A stretch of DNA of 61,665 nt, filler included, from Deltaproteobacteria bacterium (GTDB lineage: Bacteria > JAUYMQ01), in assembly GCA_030698575.1 (NCBI GenBank). It is 11 parts of 11 records of this genome, joined end to end, with 100 filler letters (N's around TTAATTAATTAA, not from the genome) between each part and the next. Parts side by side here need not be neighbours in the genome. Positions count along the whole stretch, not along the records: positions 56,874 to 61,665 come from JAUYMQ010000047.1; 10 more parts are not named here. One strand, given 5' to 3'. Both the position numbers and the translations under genes were made by a program. Below are positions 59,845 through 61,665 of the stretch, in pieces. The number at the start of each line of letters is the position of its first letter. The stretch's first letter is position 1. A model generated the notes under the pieces. That model saw only the letters and a list, made by a program, of their open reading frames with translations. It had not been told where the DNA came from and searched no databases.

Positions 59845-60201
59845 GTGGGTCAACGGAGGGGCCAACCGGGCCGCCCCCGGGCTGGCACGTTCGCGCGAAG
59901 TTGGAAAACGGCGGAACACCCCGTTTCCTCTGGGGAAATCATGGTAAGGCCGGCATCCTAGCACGGCCCGCGAGACGCCATCAACCCGCCCGGCCAGGGG
60001 CGGGCGATGACCCCGGCGCGCAAAGGCGCTGTCCGCTATTTCGGCTCCGCTTCGGATTGCTTTAACTCCGGCCGGCCACTAAGATTCGCGCCGCCCACCC
60101 CGTTTCCGATCGCTCGCTCGCCCGGGCGGTTGATGAGGAAGGTTTAGCCCATCGGAAAGGACGCACCGGAGCGCCGGGCCCCGGCCCGCTTTGGAGCCAC
60201 G

Positions 60202-61299
60202 GTGCTGGCTGCCCTCCTGGCGCCCGCCGCCGTCTTTCTCTACCTCGCCGCCGTGACCTCCGACGGGAGCGGGCGCGTAGAACGGCTCACGCGATGGGAG
60301 AGCGGAGGCGCCTTGCCCGCGGACGCGGGCGGCGGGGTCACCTTCCCCGTCGGCGCGTACCCGGTGCTCCTGCTCCACGACAAACCCGATCCCGGCCCTG
60401 TCTATTCGCTGCTCACCTTCGAGGTTTACCTCCGCAATCCGCTCCCGGCTGAGGCGGGGTTCCTCTACGGGCGCGGCCGGGCGCTGGATCGCTTTCAGGT
60501 GCACGACTTCTCGACGCAGATCGGACGAACCGGCTGGAACCCCATCGCCGTCACGGCGGACGATGCGGCGGGCATGGGGAATGCCCCGGTTGTCGGCCTC
60601 TCGTTCGTTTCGGTGGCCGGTCCCAACGTGATGGGCATCCGCGGCGCCGAGCTCCGGACCGTTCCCTTCAGCCGGAGGCTCGGGCAGATGGTCTCCGCGC
60701 TGCTTCGCCCCGAGCTCCTCTCGCAGCGGAGCATGAACTTCATCCCCTCGCAGAAGATCGCCGGCCGTGGGTTCCTTCACCTGATCTGGGTGGCGCTCCC
60801 TCTCGCGCTGATCGTCCTTCTCTTCCGCCGCTTCGTGCTGCGGCGGCCGCTGCGGATGGCTGCGCACGCCGCCGTGACCGTGCTCGTTCTCTTCGTGCTC
60901 GCGGATCTCCGGAACAGCGCCGACCTCGCGGCGAATGCAGAGGCATCGGCGTCGCGCCGCGCGAGGCTCCCCGATACGATGGCAACACTTGCCGAGATCG
61001 AGGCGGGTTTCCCCTGGTTCACCGACGCGCTGCGGTACCTGGGCGCCTGGGGCGAGACGCACCCCGACGGGAGCTACTACCTCCACGTCGCCGGCAGCTA
61101 CTTCGCGCCCCAGGCCGCCGACCGCGCCGCGTACTACCTGCTCCCCCTGCGGCGCGCGGCCACTCTCAACGAAGCCGACGTCGCGCTGGTCTACGGCCAC
61201 TCGTTCGAGCCCTTCGAGGCATCGGTGGGGTGGGGGTATCCAGACGCGCTGCCCAGCGGCGCGGCCGTCTACAAGCGCCTCGACTGGACTCCCCGATGA
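60202..61299 (+). CDS. Hypothetical membrane protein
   Basis: Long ORF with TM segments and an ATGA overlap with the next ORF; no family recognised. Confidence 0.65.
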   Translation: MLAALLAPAAVFLYLAAVTSDGSGRVERLTRWESGGALPADAGGGVTFPVGAYPVLLLHDKPDPGPVYSLLTFEVYLRNPLPAEAGFLYGRGRALDRFQVHDFSTQIGRTGWNPIAVTADDAAGMGNAPVVGLSFVSVAGPNVMGIRGAELRTVPFSRRLGQMVSALLRPELLSQRSMNFIPSQKIAGRGFLHLIWVALPLALIVLLFRRFVLRRPLRMAAHAAVTVLVLFVLADLRNSADLAANAEASASRRARLPDTMATLAEIEAGFPWFTDALRYLGAWGETHPDGSYYLHVAGSYFAPQAADRAAYYLLPLRRAATLNEADVALVYGHSFEPFEASVGWGYPDALPSGAAVYKRLDWTPR

Positions 61300-61665
61300 T
61301 CGTCGTCCTTCACATCGCCGCCACGTTCGTGGTGATGGGCGCCGGATTCGCGCTCCTCTCGCTCCTGCGGCGCCCCGATGCCGCCGCTTCCGGTTGGGGC
61401 GAGACCGCTGCGCTCTGCTATCTCCTCGGCCTGGCGGCGCTCACCGGATGGATGGAGCTTCTCGATCGCTTCTCGATTCCGGTGCGGGCGCCCGCCGTCC
61501 TCACCGTCCTGGCGCTGCCCGCGGCACTGCTCGCGGCCGTGATCGCCGGAGGCGTGTACGGGTTCATCCCGGGCATGCTCAAGGCGTACACCGGGGCGCA
61601 CGAAGTTGTGACCACGATCATGCTCAACTACGTTGCCATTCAACTGGTCGGCTACGCCATCACCG
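61296..61665 (+). CDS. Membrane protein running off the window; the last part matches a nucleoside/sugar ABC permease (possible chimera)
   Basis: Manual translation MIVVLHIAATF...GETAALCYLLG... in frame with GFIPGMLKAYTGAHEVVTTIMLNYVA. Confidence 0.55.
   Translation, partial: MIVVLHIAATFVVMGAGFALLSLLRRPDAAASGWGETAALCYLLGLAALTGWMELLDRFSIPVRAPAVLTVLALPAALLAAVIAGGVYGFIPGMLKAYTGAHEVVTTIMLNYVAIQLVGYAIT

Overview
This window is not continuous DNA. It is 11 short GC-rich bacterial contigs joined by artificial 100-nt N/TTAATTAATTAA linkers, as in a MAG or SAG. Gene content looks deltaproteobacterial/Myxococcota-like, and some contigs may come from other organisms (inference). Most contigs carry housekeeping genes: lpxD; comF-gpmI-rsfS-nadD-proA-proB-obgE; polA with an ECF sigma/anti-sigma pair; a D,D-carboxypeptidase and ptsP; a lipid/glycosyltransferase cluster; pgsA, nadB and purF; and dnaG-mpg-rpsU plus hisF/A/H/B/D-murA-prmC. 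Accessory elements include the 3' end of a class C group II intron, REP-like palindromes, a decayed IS, a MerR-controlled CopZ-NT/MerT/MerP-like metal operon, and a RepB'-type primase. The two most notable signals are as follows. (1) A sigma54 promoter is followed by a c-di-GMP-I (GEMM-I) riboswitch with U at the ligand-pairing C92 position, a terminator and an orphan zinc-ribbon gene. (2) A complete 3.8-kb IS66-family element with 29-bp TIRs carries a DUF4338 (DruA/Mom-like) gene between tnpB and tnpC, coupled to tnpC by an ATGA overlap. All family calls are by motif recognition; no searches were run.
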